From contig CAZUED010000001.1 of NCBI GenBank assembly GCA_964619545.1, positions 49,898-113,897 of the forward strand: DNA of 64,000 nucleotides, read 5' to 3'. Below, piece after piece: positions 10,223 to 20,978 of the stretch; the first letter of the stretch is position 1; each line of letters opens with the position of its first letter. The position numbers were made by a program, and so were the translations under genes. Origin of the DNA: an uncultured Muribaculaceae bacterium (lineage in GTDB: Bacteria > Pseudomonadota > Alphaproteobacteria > Rs-D84). The notes under the pieces were generated by a model that ran no database searches, had not been told where the DNA came from, and saw only the letters and a program-made list of their open reading frames with translations.

Positions 10223-12741
10223 AACTGGCTGTGCGTTCGCACAAATTCACCAAGATAAGCTGGATCAATTACTCTCATGATTTCAGATAGCGAATAATTC
10301 CGCTCGCCCGTTGCCATAATTTTTAATGATATAGGTTTTGGTTCCACCGATACCCCACGCATCAAAATATTTAGATCTGCTGATATTTTTTTGCCTTCTA
10401 ATTCAAGGTTTCCGGTAATTTCGGTATGTCTGGCTACAACCGACAATGGGGCTGTTGTTTTGAGTTTGCCGTTTTCGTATTCGCCCTTTATTTTTAAAGT
10501 TTTAATTTTTGTTTCGCCACCACTGATTGCATGTGCGATTGAGTCTTCGGCAGTAAGTGGAGTAATAGTTGCCGCGCGTGCATAAAAAGCATCAGTTCCG
10601 ACTCCATGCAGTGTTCCGCCATCAAAGCTGAGCTCTAACATACCCTTCATTTTCCGCCAAAAGTCATAGGCTATTTTTCCACCAGTTGACATATGGGCTT
10701 GGCCAGTTACGACTGAATCTGATATATTCAATACTGATGCATTATCCAGCAATTTCCCCATAAATGCGAATCTGTTTAATTTTATAAGAATTTCGTAATT
10801 ATTGCCGCGCGCCTTTAATGACACCAAAAGGCTGCCGCGTGCGTCGTCCGTTATTGAAAAGTCTTGAGTGTCTTTTCGCAGTGAGTAAACAAAATTATCA
10901 TATTTTTCACCATTCCAAATCAGTTGATCCGCGGCCAGTGACAAATTAAGACCACCGAGCTCAAACGGAGCAAGAATCGGAGCGCTGGATAAAAATTGCA
11001 TTTCTTCGTAATTGTCAAAATACTTTTTATTTGCAAACTTATCAAAATCCAAAGTATCACATTTTAATGTTATATTTGTTCCGTTAACATTTCCGTGAAA
11101 AATATGATCTGCCATGCGCAGTTCTAAATCTGTAATATAATTTCCTGAATAATTAGCGGATACTTCATATGGGAAATCATTGATAAATGGCATGTCCAAC
11201 GAAGGATAGCGAGCATTTATAAATTCCACCGTACTGGCTCCAGTCAGATAAAAGAAATTTCCTTGGGTTGTCAATTCCCATTTTTTGTTTTCTGGTGTGA
11301 AAGAAAAATCATTATCTTTCCATTGCATTGTTCCTGTTTGCATACGCATAGATTCAGGTAAAAATTGGAAATCACTTGTATTCAGCCAGTTCAGACTTTT
11401 ATTGATTACAAGGTTATAATTTATTGTCTGTTTTTTATTTTTTATATCTATTTTTCCAGCCATATTTATAAACTGAAAATCTATATTGCCATTATCGCCC
11501 AAAAATGCGAGCGCACCAGCAAAGTCAAAATTTTCCGGCATAGGCTGTTTAGAATTCATTAACGCTGTAAATCCAAATTTATCAGCCGAAAGTTTTCCAT
11601 TAGCTATCAGATTTTTCCCAGTGTATTTATACTCATCACATCTCCAATTTTCCGGCGTTCCATTAAATAAGCAATAAATTTCATCATCGCTGCGTGTCAG
11701 ATTTATCACCAGGTTTTGCGCACCATTTCCTGTGATGTTTCCGTTTATCAATCCATTGATTTTATTGTTTGCAAATTCCAAATTTTCTATTTTGATTTTA
11801 TCATTTTCTGCAACAGCATTAAGTCTAATCATATCATAACTGGTATTTGCAAATTTTAAGTTTCCACGTAAATCTAAATCCAAATTTACATTTTTCAATA
11901 ATGTTTTTTGCGTCAGCAAAAATGATAAATCAAAGTTAATTTTGTCAGATTTTATTTGTATTTTTCGTATACTGCTATCTGCAGGTAATTCAATAGAACC
12001 TGTAAAATCATCTCCACCGACTTTTCCGCGAATTTCTAAAAACTTAAATCCATATCCACCATCCCAATCAACAGACATAGTCAGCTTTACATGGTCTTGA
12101 ATTTCAGGCTCGAAAAAATCAAACCAAGAATTTATATCGTCCGTATCTATAGCAAGCGATGCATTTGCACCACCGCCATTTTGCCATTTTCCTATAATAG
12201 ACAGGCCTTCGCTTTTATTAGTTACAGAAAATTCATCCGTATTACTTTTGATAAAGTATTTGTGTTGTTCGGTTCTGATCCAACCATCAAAATTTCCATT
12301 TTGTAAAGTTGCCTGGACAATGTCATATTTTTTGCCCATAAATTTTACATCAGAATTTGATAGCAGAATTTCTGTTGCAATTTTTGGAGCCTCTAAACTT
12401 TGTAAGTCAAGCCTGGCTCCATCCACATAGATTGTGCCAGAAAGTTTTGCGTCCGATATATTAAATATTTCGGAAAGCCGAATTGTAAACATTACCGAAT
12501 CAATTTTGCCATTTGGCACAATTACATCGTGCGCCACAATATGCGCACGCCCCAACAGGCTGATGTTAATTCTGCCATTGATTTTTGCCGTCGTTCCAGT
12601 TTGAGTTTGCAATGCGCTTTCAAATCCTGGACGCATGCTTTTCAGATTAAACATAGGCGGGATAATAATTGCGGCCAGAATCAGTGCCAAAAACACGGAT
12701 AAAATGCTGAAAAAAACTATGCGACGATGCCGTGCTTTCAT
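10219..12741 (-). CDS. AsmA-family protein (N-terminal membrane anchor, large periplasmic beta-rich domain)
   Basis: N-terminal RRIVFFSILSVFLALILAAIII transmembrane segment followed by ~800 aa; size and architecture typical of AsmA/TamB-like proteins. Confidence 0.5.
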   Translation of the reverse strand: MKARHRRIVFFSILSVFLALILAAIIIPPMFNLKSMRPGFESALQTQTGTTAKINGRINISLLGRAHIVAHDVIVPNGKIDSVMFTIRLSEIFNISDAKLSGTIYVDGARLDLQSLEAPKIATEILLSNSDVKFMGKKYDIVQATLQNGNFDGWIRTEQHKYFIKSNTDEFSVTNKSEGLSIIGKWQNGGGANASLAIDTDDINSWFDFFEPEIQDHVKLTMSVDWDGGYGFKFLEIRGKVGGDDFTGSIELPADSSIRKIQIKSDKINFDLSFLLTQKTLLKNVNLDLDLRGNLKFANTSYDMIRLNAVAENDKIKIENLEFANNKINGLINGNITGNGAQNLVINLTRSDDEIYCLFNGTPENWRCDEYKYTGKNLIANGKLSADKFGFTALMNSKQPMPENFDFAGALAFLGDNGNIDFQFINMAGKIDIKNKKQTINYNLVINKSLNWLNTSDFQFLPESMRMQTGTMQWKDNDFSFTPENKKWELTTQGNFFYLTGASTVEFINARYPSLDMPFINDFPYEVSANYSGNYITDLELRMADHIFHGNVNGTNITLKCDTLDFDKFANKKYFDNYEEMQFLSSAPILAPFELGGLNLSLAADQLIWNGEKYDNFVYSLRKDTQDFSITDDARGSLLVSLKARGNNYEILIKLNRFAFMGKLLDNASVLNISDSVVTGQAHMSTGGKIAYDFWRKMKGMLELSFDGGTLHGVGTDAFYARAATITPLTAEDSIAHAISGGETKIKTLKIKGEYENGKLKTTAPLSVVARHTEITGNLELEGKKISADLNILMRGVSVEPKPISLKIMATGERNYSLSEIMRVIDPAYLGEFVRTHSQF

Positions 12742-12792
12742 ATTCTACTCCCTTGTCCTATCCCTTGTATTTTCATTATAATGAATTATATT

Positions 12793-14790
12793 ATGGCGGT
12801 GAATAAGAAAATTTTTTCTTTACAAAGTGACTATAAACCTTCGGGCGACCAGCCCCAGGCTATTGTAGAATTGGTCCAAGGATTGCGTGAAAATCGCCGC
12901 AGCCAGGTTTTACTGGGTGCAACCGGTACTGGTAAGACTTTTACTATGGCAAATATAATTGCCCAAATGAATCGCCCAGCTATGATTATGGCGCCTAATA
13001 AGATTTTGGCCGCCCAGCTTTATACCGAAATGAAATCTTTTTTTCCAAATAATCATGTTGAGTATTTTGTTTCATATTATGATTATTATCAGCCCGAAGC
13101 CTATATGCCAACGACAGATACTTACATAGATAAAGACGCATCTATCAACAGCCAGCTGGATCGTATGCGGCACTCGGCCACACGCGCTATGCTGGAAGAG
13201 AAAGATGTTATCGTTGTGTCATCCGTATCCAGTATTTATGGTATGGGCAGTCCCGAGCAGTATTCAGGTATGAAACTGACACTGAGCAGCGGCGATAAAA
13301 TTAGTAGCAAAGAAGTTATGCGTGCGCTGGTTGATATACAATACAAACGAAATGACATAGCATTTGATCGTGGCGATTTTCGCAGCAAAGGTGATACTTT
13401 GGACATTTTTCCATCGCACTCGACAGATCGTGGGTGGAAATTGTCTTTCTTTGGCGATGAAATAGAACAAATTTGGGAATTTGACACCCTGACAGGTGAA
13501 AAGCTGCGAAAACTGGATTATATTGCGATATATCCAAATACTCACTATGCGACCCTACAACCAACCATTTTGCAGGCAATAAATGAAATCAAAAAAGATT
13601 TAGAGCCCAGATTAAATTACTTTCACGAGAATATGAAATATGTCGAGGAACAACGCCTGCGCGAGCGGACTAACTTTGATATAGAAATGATGGAGGCAAC
13701 TGGTATTTGTCGCGGTATTGAAAATTACTCGCGCTATTTGTCTGGCCGAAAACCTGGCGAGCCGCCACCAACTTTGTTCGAGTATTTACCGAAAGATGCA
13801 ATTTTATTTGTTGATGAATCTCATGTTTCCGTTCCGCAAATCGGCGCAATGGGCAAGGGCGATGCTGCCCGTAAACGCAGTCTGTATGAATATGGATTTC
13901 GTCTGCCTTCGTGTGCGGACAATCGTCCGTTAAAGTTCGATGAATGGGATGCTATGCGTCCTCAGACAATTTTTGTGTCGGCAACACCAGCCGATTGGGA
14001 AATGAGGCAAGTTGGCGGAATAGTTGCCGAGCAAGTTATTCGCCCAACAGGTTTGTTGGATCCAGTGATAGACGTTCGTCCAACAAAAAATCAAGTTGAC
14101 GATTTGCTGTACCAAGTGAAGCAAGTCAAAGGTCGCGTTTTAATTACGACTTTGACCAAGAAAATGGCCGAGCAGTTAACAGACTATTTGACCGAGCATG
14201 GCGTCCGCGCGCGCTATCTGCACAGCGACATTGAAACGTTAGAGCGTATAGAATTGTTGCGCGAATTACGTATGGGGAAATTTGATGTCTTGGTTGGAAT
14301 CAATTTGTTGCGCGAAGGATTGGATGTGCCAGAGTGCGAATTGGTTGCAATTATGGATGCGGATAAAGAGGGATTTTTACGCAGCGCGCGCTCTTTGATT
14401 CAAACGATTGGTCGTGCGGCTCGTAATGCGGAAGGTTGTGTTATTTTATATGCAGACAAAATTACGGACAGCATGAACATTGCAATAACTGAAACTGCGC
14501 GTCGTCGCGAAAAACAAATAGCGTATAATACCAAACATGGAATTACTCCACAGACAATTATAAAATCAGTATTTTCCGAAGTTGGCGACCACGATGACAA
14601 GACTGATAAAAAGCGTCAATTTGTTTACAGCAAAAATGGTGGAGTTCAAGATCGCGCAGGGTTAGAAAAAGAAATAACCGCGCTGCGCAAAAAAATGATA
14701 AAACATGCTGAAAACCTGGAATTTGAGGAAGCCGGCGCTATCCGTGATGTATTACGCAAAATGGAAGATGATTTATTGTTATTGGAGTAA
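12793..14790 (+). CDS. uvrB: Excinuclease ABC subunit B
   Basis: YKPSGDQPQAI, Walker A GATGTGKT, DESH box, and the C-terminal UVR domain EFEEAGAIRD. Start placed at MAVNKK. Confidence 0.95.
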   Translation: MAVNKKIFSLQSDYKPSGDQPQAIVELVQGLRENRRSQVLLGATGTGKTFTMANIIAQMNRPAMIMAPNKILAAQLYTEMKSFFPNNHVEYFVSYYDYYQPEAYMPTTDTYIDKDASINSQLDRMRHSATRAMLEEKDVIVVSSVSSIYGMGSPEQYSGMKLTLSSGDKISSKEVMRALVDIQYKRNDIAFDRGDFRSKGDTLDIFPSHSTDRGWKLSFFGDEIEQIWEFDTLTGEKLRKLDYIAIYPNTHYATLQPTILQAINEIKKDLEPRLNYFHENMKYVEEQRLRERTNFDIEMMEATGICRGIENYSRYLSGRKPGEPPPTLFEYLPKDAILFVDESHVSVPQIGAMGKGDAARKRSLYEYGFRLPSCADNRPLKFDEWDAMRPQTIFVSATPADWEMRQVGGIVAEQVIRPTGLLDPVIDVRPTKNQVDDLLYQVKQVKGRVLITTLTKKMAEQLTDYLTEHGVRARYLHSDIETLERIELLRELRMGKFDVLVGINLLREGLDVPECELVAIMDADKEGFLRSARSLIQTIGRAARNAEGCVILYADKITDSMNIAITETARRREKQIAYNTKHGITPQTIIKSVFSEVGDHDDKTDKKRQFVYSKNGGVQDRAGLEKEITALRKKMIKHAENLEFEEAGAIRDVLRKMEDDLLLLE

Positions 14791-14794
14791 GGCA

Positions 14795-15187
14795 ATGGAA
14801 GTAATTCTGAAAAACATTGATGAAACAAAAAATTGGGCGGCGGAGTTTGCACAAACTTTGCATGCACCAATCGTTGTTGCTTTGCATGGCGATTTGGGAA
14901 TGGGAAAATCTGAAATTGCGCGCAGTATTATTCAGACTTTGCGTGGCGCAGACATGGTTGTTCCCAGTCCAACATTTACACTGGTGCAAAATTATGATGG
15001 GATTTCTCATTTTGATTTATACAGAATTTCTGATGTTTCAGAACTGGAAGAAATAGGACTTCGCCACGCAATCGAAAACGACATTACTTTGATAGAGTGG
15101 CCAGAAATAGCGAAAGATTTTCTGCCGAAAAATACTATTCACGTTTATTTGCAAGAATATGAAAATGGCCGCAAGTTAAAGATATAA
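14795..15187 (+). CDS. tsaE: tRNA threonylcarbamoyladenosine biosynthesis ATPase TsaE (YjeE)
   Basis: P-loop ALHGDLGMGKSEIARSII typical of TsaE; ~130 aa; GGAG SD overlaps the uvrB stop. Confidence 0.75.
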   Translation: MEVILKNIDETKNWAAEFAQTLHAPIVVALHGDLGMGKSEIARSIIQTLRGADMVVPSPTFTLVQNYDGISHFDLYRISDVSELEEIGLRHAIENDITLIEWPEIAKDFLPKNTIHVYLQEYENGRKLKI

Positions 15188-15943
15188 AGCCAATCCGCAA
15201 TGGTCGGTTGGTTTTTCATCCATACGTGGGCATAAATCAATCTCGCAATTTTTTACCAACTTTTGTGCAGTTTTGTTTGCCAGCCAGTAATCTAAACGCA
15301 GACCTTGATTTTTTTGTAATCCTGCGCCGCGGTATCCAATCCAAGTCCAGGCATTTTCTGTATCCGGATTAAACCGGCGATAACAATCTTGCCAACCCGC
15401 GTCCAGCCATTTTTGCATAATTTCACGAGCAGCAGGCGCAGAAATACTGGAACCTTCGTATTGTTTTGGATTCCATACATCGCGATCTTGAATTGCTATA
15501 TTAAAATCGCCCCCGATTAAAACAGGCTCTTCGCTTTCCAGCATTGTGGCAATGTGCCTGGTAAAATGATGCATCCATTCAATTTTATATGGGAATTTTG
15601 GGCTGTCCACGCTTTCCCCATTTGGCATATAAACATTGATAAGTCGAATTCGCCCGTCTATCACGCATTCTATCATTCTGGCATTGGCCTCTGGATAGCC
15701 CGGCAGTCCGCGAGTGATGTCCTCTATAGAGTATTTAGAAAAAACCGCAACACCATTCCAAGATTTTTGACCAAAAACCTTTATGTTATAGCCCAAATGC
15801 TCGAAAACTATATGCGGAAAAAGCTGGTCTTCGACCTTTAACTCTTGGACCAAAATAGTATCATAATCGCCATTTTGGGCGATTTTCATAAAGCTGTCCA
15901 TGTGCGCTCGTATAGAATTAATGTTCAGAGTTAAAAGTTTCAT
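15176..15943 (-). CDS. xthA: Exodeoxyribonuclease III (AP endonuclease)
   Basis: MKLLTLNINSIRA, QELK, and the overall EEP-fold pattern including WTWIGYRG and the C-terminal histidine. Confidence 0.9.
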   Translation of the reverse strand: MKLLTLNINSIRAHMDSFMKIAQNGDYDTILVQELKVEDQLFPHIVFEHLGYNIKVFGQKSWNGVAVFSKYSIEDITRGLPGYPEANARMIECVIDGRIRLINVYMPNGESVDSPKFPYKIEWMHHFTRHIATMLESEEPVLIGGDFNIAIQDRDVWNPKQYEGSSISAPAAREIMQKWLDAGWQDCYRRFNPDTENAWTWIGYRGAGLQKNQGLRLDYWLANKTAQKLVKNCEIDLCPRMDEKPTDHCGLALYL

Positions 15944-16037
15944 TTAGCAACCTTTTTCCTTAAAAACCTTGCCATTTGTGTTTTTCTTTCATATAATAAC
16001 TGCCGTCCAATGTAAAAACAATAGGGAATTTACAAAA

Positions 16038-17618
16038 ATGAACATGTATCAGTTTCTGGAAACAGTTGTATCGGAAGTGCCGAACGACTTGTTCCTTACA
16101 CGCGAAAATGTAACATATGGGGCATTTCGTGATTTAGTAAAAAAACGCGCTGCAACCCTTGCAGGGATGGGCGTTAAAAAGGGTGATGTTGTCGGAATTT
16201 TGGCCCATAACATACCGGAATTTCCATTGTCGCTTTTTGCGATTTGGTATTTGGGTGGGCAAGTTTTGATGTTGGACACCAATTTGACGCCATTCGAGTA
16301 TGACAATATGACAAAGCTTGCAGGTTGCAAGTTGGTATTGGCAGAAAAAAGCTTTTTCTATAAATCCGCGAACTTCAAGTTCTATGACATTACAGAAAAA
16401 GATAAAAACATTGATCCAGATTTAAAGCCAGCGCCAGTTCAATCCGAAGACATTGCGACTTTGTCATTTACATCTGGTTCCACAGGTACGCCAAAAATCG
16501 TTCCGCTTACACACTACAATTTGGTAGAATGTTCAGAATCATTGGAAGATATGGGTGCATGGTTGAAAAAGGGCGATACTCTTTATGGCTTTTTACCAAT
16601 GTATCATGTTTTTGGTTTTGCAGTAGAAATACTGGCGACCATCCATTATCGTGGCAATGTTTTGTTGCAATCAACAATAAACCCAAAAGACATATTGGAG
16701 GATTTCAGGGTTTATCGTCCACAAATTATTCCGGCCGTGCCTCGTTTATGGGAAGTTTTCCGTAATAAAATTATAGATGGTATGAAACAAAAGAAAGTTT
16801 GGTGGTTGGCATCATTTGTTCTGAAATATGGACCATTGCTTAAAAAGTTGGGTCTGGGATTTTTGGTACGAAAAATACAAGAGCCTGTGTTGGCCGTATT
16901 CGGCGGACGTGCGCGTTTGCTGGTTGCGGGTGGTGCGGCAGTAAAGCCAGAAGTTGAAACTTTCTATGAACGTTTGGGATTAACTTTTATTCAAGGCTAT
17001 GGGCTGACAGAAACGGTTGGACCAGTTTGTATCTCGAAACCTGTGAAGCATCGTGAACCATTCGCTTTTGGTGGACCGATAACCAATAATGAGGTCGAAA
17101 TCCGTGGCAAAAATGCCGAAGGAATCGGAGTCTTGTGGGTGCGCGGACATCAAGTTTTCAGCGGCTATTTGAACAATCCAGAGGCAAATGCCGAAGCATT
17201 TGATGAAAATGGCTTTTTCAATACTGGCGATTTGGTTTCAATGGATAAAAACGGAGAACTGCATTTCCATGGACGTCAAAAACAAGTGATTGTTTTGGAT
17301 TCTGGTAAAAATGTCTATCCGGCCGAGCTGGAAGCATTGTTTATGGAAATTCCGGGCGTCAAAAATGTTGCGGTCTTTGAACACAAGGTCAAAGACAAGA
17401 CGGTTGCCTATGGCGTTTTCCAGGTTGAAGATGGTGTAAGCTTTGATAAATTGCAAAAAGCTGTTGTAAATGCGAATAAAAAGATTGCCAGCTATAAGTG
17501 GGTTACGCATTTTGCAATGACTACCAAAGATTTGCCACTTACCAGTACTCAAAAAATAAAGCATCATGTAGTGCGTCAAAATTTGATTGCAGGTGAGTAT
17601 CCGCAAAGTCGCGATTAA
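16038..17618 (+). CDS. AMP-dependent acyl-CoA/acyl-ACP synthetase (long-chain fatty-acid ligase-like)
   Basis: AMP-binding motif I TSGSTGTPK, motif II GYGLTE, and later GD..........G....GR.K. Confidence 0.8.
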   Translation: MNMYQFLETVVSEVPNDLFLTRENVTYGAFRDLVKKRAATLAGMGVKKGDVVGILAHNIPEFPLSLFAIWYLGGQVLMLDTNLTPFEYDNMTKLAGCKLVLAEKSFFYKSANFKFYDITEKDKNIDPDLKPAPVQSEDIATLSFTSGSTGTPKIVPLTHYNLVECSESLEDMGAWLKKGDTLYGFLPMYHVFGFAVEILATIHYRGNVLLQSTINPKDILEDFRVYRPQIIPAVPRLWEVFRNKIIDGMKQKKVWWLASFVLKYGPLLKKLGLGFLVRKIQEPVLAVFGGRARLLVAGGAAVKPEVETFYERLGLTFIQGYGLTETVGPVCISKPVKHREPFAFGGPITNNEVEIRGKNAEGIGVLWVRGHQVFSGYLNNPEANAEAFDENGFFNTGDLVSMDKNGELHFHGRQKQVIVLDSGKNVYPAELEALFMEIPGVKNVAVFEHKVKDKTVAYGVFQVEDGVSFDKLQKAVVNANKKIASYKWVTHFAMTTKDLPLTSTQKIKHHVVRQNLIAGEYPQSRD

Positions 17619-17622
17619 AAAA

Positions 17623-17647
17623 ACGCCCCTTTGGGGGCGTTTTTATT
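17623..17647 (+). terminator. Rho-independent terminator (acgcccc-tttg-ggggcgt followed by TTTTATT)
   Basis: 7-bp GC-rich stem with a tetraloop and a T-run, immediately after the ligase stop. Confidence 0.7.
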
Positions 17648-17804
17648 CATATTTAATTTTGCTGTATTTGGTAAATAAAACTTGTAGTCTTTTATCAGAA
17701 CTTGGTGGGATGAGGGCTTTTAAATAAAGGTAGAATAAATGGCAAAGAACTCAATGATTGAGCAAATAAACGAAAAATCTAAATAGACTTAAAAATATAA
17801 AAAA

Positions 17805-17830
17805 ATCCGGCAAACGCCGGATTTTTTATT
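17805..17830. terminator. Bidirectional terminator (atccggc-aaac-gccggat flanked by A- and T-runs) at the secB 3' end
   Basis: Inverted repeat with poly-T on both strands. Confidence 0.6.
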
Positions 17831-18251
17831 TCTTATTCTTTTCTTCATACAGCTTTTGGAAATCTATCGGCTGCATTGCGAATGCTGGAAATCCACTTTC
17901 GCTGGTCATGCGCAATATAATTGCCCGAACGCTGGGGAATAACATTGTTGGGACCTCTATCAACAAAGTTTTCTTTAAATCATCTTCGTTTTCAGATTTT
18001 TCAATCTGAACCAGTCCGGAATAATTTGATTCAATCATGAAAATAGATTTATCGCCTTGCTCCAATTTGCTGTGCAGTTTAACCAGCAAATCTACCATAT
18101 AGATGTTATTTTCAGTGCCTTTGATTTGGATGTCCAGATTAATGTCCATTTTTGCCTGGCCGTTTTCCTGCTTGAAGAAAAGCTCTGGTACGTTCGGAGA
18201 CTCGAAAGAAAAGTCTTTTAAGAATTGGGATATAAGTTGAAATTTTGCCAT
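17826..18251 (-). CDS. secB: Protein-export chaperone SecB
   Basis: MAKFQLISQFLKDFSFESPNVPELF resembles the SecB N-terminus; ~141 aa. Confidence 0.85.
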   Translation of the reverse strand: MAKFQLISQFLKDFSFESPNVPELFFKQENGQAKMDINLDIQIKGTENNIYMVDLLVKLHSKLEQGDKSIFMIESNYSGLVQIEKSENEDDLKKTLLIEVPTMLFPSVRAIILRMTSESGFPAFAMQPIDFQKLYEEKNKK

Positions 18252-18331
18252 TTCGATTGCTCCTTTTTTCGGCGGCTGTTTTATGATAATATAACACTGA
18301 AATTTTATTTTTCAAGCGGTAAGGAAAAACT

Positions 18332-19402
18332 ATGAGAAAATACTTTTTATTATGTGCAGTTGGTTGTGGTTTGTTGGCTGGTTGTGGTGATTTAACTACT
18401 CCTCGGCAGCCGTATAGTGGACCAAACCATGCAGTTATTCCGTCTAACTTGAAAAAGGTTTCTTTTTCGTCTGTCCCTGGATGGGAAAATGATGATCTGC
18501 GTTATGCTTTGCAGGCTTTCCGTAATACTTGCAGGGCCAAAATTCAATATAACGGGCAAGTAATTCCAGATAGAAAGTTGCTGGAAGAAAAATGTCAGAT
18601 TTTGCCAAAAGAATCTGCCAGTCAATCGGTTGCGCGTGCCTGGTTCGAAAACAACTTTCAACCATACAAAGTTCACGATGCATCTGGTAAGGCAACAGGA
18701 ACATATACAGGATACTATTCGCCAGTAATACCAGCATGTAAATCACAAACCGCCCAGTGTAACGAGCCTTTGATGGGTGTACCCACAAATGGACAGAATT
18801 TCAAGGGGGTTGCAAAAAAGACTATTGTTAATAATAAAATCGGTCGGGTTCTTTATTGGGCAAACATTGTTGATGTTCAGAACATTCAGATTCAAGGCAG
18901 CGGTATGTTGAAACTGGAAGACGGAACTCAGGTAAAATTGAATTTTGCCGGCGTTAATGATATGCCATTTAAGTCTATTGGTGACCAGTTAAAACAACGT
19001 GGAATCAGGCCTGATGGCGGCTATTCATCGGATGCTGTTTGGAGTTATTTGAAAAAAAATCCATCGCTGGCGCGTGAGGTTATTTACAACAATCCGCGGT
19101 ATGTGTATTTCCAATCCGCAACCGCTCATGATGTAATTGGAAAACTTGGCACACCTTTATCAAAAATCCGCAGCATCGCAATGGATGACACAATTTATAC
19201 TTTGGGATTACCAGTATTTATAAATACCAACTTGTCAATGGACGGACGCAAATTCCAAAGGCTGTTAATCGCACAGGATACTGGTGGCGCAATAAGGGGA
19301 TGGATACGCGGCGATATATTCTTTGGTTCCGGGGACGAGGCTTACAAATATGCACATGGTCAGCATTCCCAAGGGGAAATGTTTATCTTGATGCCGAAAT
19401 AA
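18332..19402 (+). CDS. mltA: Membrane-bound lytic murein transglycosylase A (lipoprotein)
   Basis: Lipobox LLAGCG, MltA-domain GWENDDLRYALQAFRNTC, and the 3D-domain C-terminus. Confidence 0.8.
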   Translation: MRKYFLLCAVGCGLLAGCGDLTTPRQPYSGPNHAVIPSNLKKVSFSSVPGWENDDLRYALQAFRNTCRAKIQYNGQVIPDRKLLEEKCQILPKESASQSVARAWFENNFQPYKVHDASGKATGTYTGYYSPVIPACKSQTAQCNEPLMGVPTNGQNFKGVAKKTIVNNKIGRVLYWANIVDVQNIQIQGSGMLKLEDGTQVKLNFAGVNDMPFKSIGDQLKQRGIRPDGGYSSDAVWSYLKKNPSLAREVIYNNPRYVYFQSATAHDVIGKLGTPLSKIRSIAMDDTIYTLGLPVFINTNLSMDGRKFQRLLIAQDTGGAIRGWIRGDIFFGSGDEAYKYAHGQHSQGEMFILMPK

Positions 19403-19728
19403 TGAATAAAGGTCCAAATCTTTTAGCCAGAACATCCAGACCGCAAAGCCTGGGCGGTGCGTTTGGTGGGCTGATGCGGGTTTTTGGGGCGCGAGCATCA
19501 GATGCAGATTTAGCGGTGCGTTGGGATGAAATTATTGGCGCAGACTTATCTCGCGTTGGAAAATTGTATGGCATTCGCGCAATTAAAAACAAGCAATTTA
19601 ATATAACATTAAAAGCGCCAGTTCCTGCAATGGCAATGGAATTGTCTTATAGAAAAGAAGAATTCCGCGAAAAAATAAATAAGTATTTTGGATACGAAGC
19701 AGTTGGAAAAATCATCGTCAAAGCATAA
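19402..19728 (+). CDS. DUF721-family protein
   Basis: LLARTSRPQSLGGAFGGLMRV ... AMAMELSYRKEEF pattern typical of DUF721; the start overlaps the mltA stop (TAATG). Confidence 0.45.
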   Translation: MNKGPNLLARTSRPQSLGGAFGGLMRVFGARASDADLAVRWDEIIGADLSRVGKLYGIRAIKNKQFNITLKAPVPAMAMELSYRKEEFREKINKYFGYEAVGKIIVKA

Positions 19729-20211
19729 TTATGTTTTGTAATAATTTGTATTGCTGTGTGCCAACGCAATTGCAATTGCGTCGGCTTCATCCGCGGTTTT
19801 TGGTTTTGAATTGGGTAGCAAAATTTTCACCATAGATGTAATTTGTGTTTTGTCTGCATGACCAGAGCCTGTAATTGCCTTTTTAATAACATTTGGTTGA
19901 ATTTCGAATACAGGAATTTCACGAGTTCCAACCGCGACAATGGCCGCGGCGCGCGCATGTCCCAGTAATAAAGTGCTGGTTGGATTATTGTTTACAAAGG
20001 TTATTTCTATTGCGCATTCATCAGGATTAAAAGTTTCGCAAAGTTTAAGAACTTCATTAAAAATCTTTGCCAAACGCAGGGCTAAATCATCTTTGGGTTT
20101 GGGCAAAATCACACCACTGGCGATATATTTGCGCACCTGCCCAGCGGATTCAATAACCGCCCAACCAGTATGTAAAAGGCCTGGGTCAATCCCCAGAATT
20201 ATTTTAGACAT
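19729..20211 (-). CDS. ruvC: Holliday-junction resolvase RuvC
   Basis: MSKIILGIDPGLLHTGWAVIE and the catalytic acidic residues; 160 aa. Confidence 0.9.
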   Translation of the reverse strand: MSKIILGIDPGLLHTGWAVIESAGQVRKYIASGVILPKPKDDLALRLAKIFNEVLKLCETFNPDECAIEITFVNNNPTSTLLLGHARAAAIVAVGTREIPVFEIQPNVIKKAITGSGHADKTQITSMVKILLPNSKPKTADEADAIAIALAHSNTNYYKT

Positions 20212-20212
20212 T

Positions 20213-20929
20213 TTAGTCCGCTGCGGTGATTACTTTCTGAACATCGTCGTTTGCATCCAGTGCATCAACCAGTTTTTCAAGTTTAGCATACGATTCATCG
20301 TCTAAGTCCATTGGCGTGTTTGGCAACCAAGTCAGCTCGGCCTTTTCAGGTTCGCCCAATTTGTCATTCAGCGCCTTTTGGACTTGGATAAAATCATCTG
20401 GCTTGGTTTTGATAATGTATCCTTCCTCACTGGTTTCTAAATCGTCCGCCCCGGCTTCCATAATTGCTTCGGTCATCGCGTCTTCGTTTGACGCCGCTGA
20501 CAATGGATAATAAATTACCCCAGCACGCGTGAATAAGAATGCAACTGATCCTTCTTCGCCCATATTTCCGCCATTCTTGGCAAAGATGCTGCGAACCTCG
20601 GGTACGGTTCTGCGCGGATTGTCAGTCATGGCTTCTACAATAACTGGAACACTTCCTGGGCCATAACCTTCGTATCGGACCATAGTGTAATTTTCAGCGC
20701 CCGCGCCTTGGGATTTTTCAATAGCGCGTTTAATGTTTTCATTCGGCATAGAGTTTTTACGTGCATTAAAAACAGCCAAGCGCAGACGGGGATTGTTATC
20801 CGGATTTGGATCGCCAAGTTTGGCCGCCATGGTAATTTCACGCGCCAGTTTAGTAAAAAGTCCGCTACGCGCCGCATCTGCTGCGCCTTTCTTATGCATA
20901 ATGTTATGCCATTTGCTGTGTCCGCTCAT
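20213..20929 (-). CDS. yebC: YebC/PmpR-family DNA-binding regulator
   Basis: MSGHSKWHNIMHKKGAADAARSGLFTKLAREI N-terminus. Start trimmed from the tracked 20989. Confidence 0.9.
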   Translation of the reverse strand: MSGHSKWHNIMHKKGAADAARSGLFTKLAREITMAAKLGDPNPDNNPRLRLAVFNARKNSMPNENIKRAIEKSQGAGAENYTMVRYEGYGPGSVPVIVEAMTDNPRRTVPEVRSIFAKNGGNMGEEGSVAFLFTRAGVIYYPLSAASNEDAMTEAIMEAGADDLETSEEGYIIKTKPDDFIQVQKALNDKLGEPEKAELTWLPNTPMDLDDESYAKLEKLVDALDANDDVQKVITAAD

Positions 20930-20978
20930 ATTTGACCTTTTGATTATTTGTTTTATAATAACGCAAAAAGGATAACAA

